A stretch of DNA of 41,206 bases from IMG/VR virus record IMGVR_UViG_3300027784_000002, positions 1 through 41,206 of that record. One strand, 5' to 3'. The translations under genes were made by a program, and so were the position numbers. Source of the DNA: a virus. Below the pieces are notes generated by a model. It saw only the letters and a list, made by a program, of their open reading frames with translations, made no database searches and had not been told where the DNA came from. Below are positions 40,431-41,206 of this stretch, in pieces (position 1 is the first letter of the stretch; each line of letters starts with the position of its first letter).

Positions 40431-40470
40431 CCCCTGACTGCACATCTCTCGCAGGTGTGCAGGATCGGGG
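40431..40470 (+). other. GC-rich two-stem hairpin (CCCC/GGGG plus CTGCACA/TGTGCAG)
   Basis: Read directly after the stop at 40430. No T run follows. Its arms resemble the inverted repeat at 33962..33997. Confidence 0.5.
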
Positions 40471-40491
40471 AATTAAACGAAAACAAATACT

Positions 40492-40740
40492 ATGAAAGAA
40501 ATAATAAGAACATTTTTAAGAGATATTGGCCACGAAGATCGCACAGATATGTTAGTTTCTATGTTAAGAAGCCACTTCCGGCCATACCAGTACAAGAGGT
40601 ATCTCAATAAAGAAGTAGAATACAGAGATATGGAAAAGGAAGAGTTGATAGAGATTATAGAGAAAAGAGATTACACGATCAATGAGCAGGCCAAGATAAT
40701 ACATCAATGGGGTAATAAAATTAAGCAATTAGAAAAATGA
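40492..40740 (+). CDS. Hypothetical protein (82 aa)
   Basis: ORF track. ATGA overlap with the next gene. Confidence 0.55.
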   Translation: MKEIIRTFLRDIGHEDRTDMLVSMLRSHFRPYQYKRYLNKEVEYRDMEKEELIEIIEKRDYTINEQAKIIHQWGNKIKQLEK

Positions 40741-40925
40741 AAAAAGCAACAGAACTTTATAGAAAAATAAAAGAATACCCACAAGACACTTGGGCAGACA
40801 GTCCAGAGTTTTCAGAACTAATGAAAACACTTGAAGAAAACGATATAGAAACACTTAGAGAAAATGGATATGTTATTCCTAGTTGGAAGAATCAAAAAAG
40901 TTTTAATAAACCTACTAAAAAATGA
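40737..40925 (+). CDS. Hypothetical protein (62 aa)
   Basis: ORF track. Overlapping stop/start junctions on both sides. Confidence 0.55.
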   Translation: MKKATELYRKIKEYPQDTWADSPEFSELMKTLEENDIETLRENGYVIPSWKNQKSFNKPTKK

Positions 40926-41206
40926 ATTGGATAAATAGATACAAAAAGAAACTAGGGCAAGACACAGAAGTAAGAGAATTTTCAAAATGGCTATGGGAAG
41001 AAGACCGCCAGAACTGGGAAATAGAAAGATATACAGAGGATATAGTAAGAGAAGAGTACGAAAGAGGATACAGAGATTATGCAATGCGTTGCAAAGAAGC
41101 ACTAGAAGAAGCAGGCAAAGAATACCAAAAGCACGCCACAGAGAAGTTTGCACTAGACCCAGAGTCATTTTACGCAGGAAAAATAAAAGCGTTAGAGGAA
41201 TTATTA
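40922..41206 (+). CDS. 5' part of junction-spanning hypothetical protein (96 aa once circularised; continues at 100..105)
   Basis: An ATG at 40922 overlaps the upstream TGA. The frame stays open to the window end: MNWINRYKKKLGQDTEVREFSKWLWEEDRQNWEIERYTEDIVREEYERGYRDYAMRCKEALEEAGKEYQK.... The codon phase matches frame 1 at the left end. Confidence 0.65.
   Translation, partial: MNWINRYKKKLGQDTEVREFSKWLWEEDRQNWEIERYTEDIVREEYERGYRDYAMRCKEALEEAGKEYQKHATEKFALDPESFYAGKIKALEELL
41108..41206. repeat. Terminal direct repeat copy 2 (exact match to 1..99)
   Basis: Same 99-nt string as 1..99; the identity is bounded by the window edges. Confidence 0.97.

Noticed and set aside
1-41206. tRNA genes, integrase/repressor (lysogeny module), and an alternative genetic code.
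   Set aside because: - No GTTCGAATC-type T-arm or cloverleaf candidates were noticed.
- No tyrosine or serine recombinase motifs were seen.
- TGA is clearly used as a stop in several ATGA stop/start overlaps (for example 834..837, 34676..34679, 39869..39872), so standard code 11 fits.
- The absence calls are by eye only.

Overview
The window looks like a complete, AT-rich tailed-phage genome. All calls come from reading the sequence and from remembered family motifs; no searches or computations were run. The first 99 nt are identical to the last 99 nt, so the unit length is about 41,107 bp, and one ORF reads across the junction.

Layout:
- Leftward early arm (about 6139 down to 1501, minus strand): 16 small ORFs of unknown function. 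They are driven by four near-identical TTGACA-N16/17-TATAAT/TATACT promoters.
- Rightward late block (6266..33833): TerS, TerL, portal, scaffold and an N4-gp56-like HK97-fold capsid protein. These are followed by an 1816-aa multi-lectin/beta-propeller fibre, a 20-aa-repeat protein, a tail fibre and probable ejection proteins. One of those is a 2129-aa protein with ADP-ribosyltransferase-like and HExxH modules. A lysis cassette closes the block: an XhlA-like protein, an alpha-lytic-protease-like peptidase with SH3b, a holin and a signal-anchored SLT transglycosylase.
- Terminator-bounded seven-gene cassette (34041..35975), described below.
- Rightward early units (36020 across the junction to 1268): a wHTH regulator, a Gp157-like protein, a Rad52/Sak-like annealase, a PD-(D/E)XK exonuclease, SWIM and DUF5659-like proteins, and NinG.

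No DNA polymerase, primase/helicase, integrase, repressor, tRNA or CRISPR array was seen. No tail tube, sheath or tape-measure gene was recognised, so a podovirus-like virion is inferred.

Most interesting signals:
1. The cassette at 34041..35975 is the only place where every gene has a strong Shine-Dalgarno site. It encodes two Zn ribbons, a minimal HExxH protein, an HNH-like protein and a metallophosphoesterase. The rest of the genome is essentially SD-less.
2. A conserved TAAAGGTCGT element sits about 20-29 nt upstream of many start codons.
3. Three late promoters are placed so that the ATG would be the transcript 5' end (leaderless).
4. The 2129-aa protein has a polyvalent-type architecture.
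5. A candidate origin combines phased purine tracts with tandem DnaA-box-like 12-mers.
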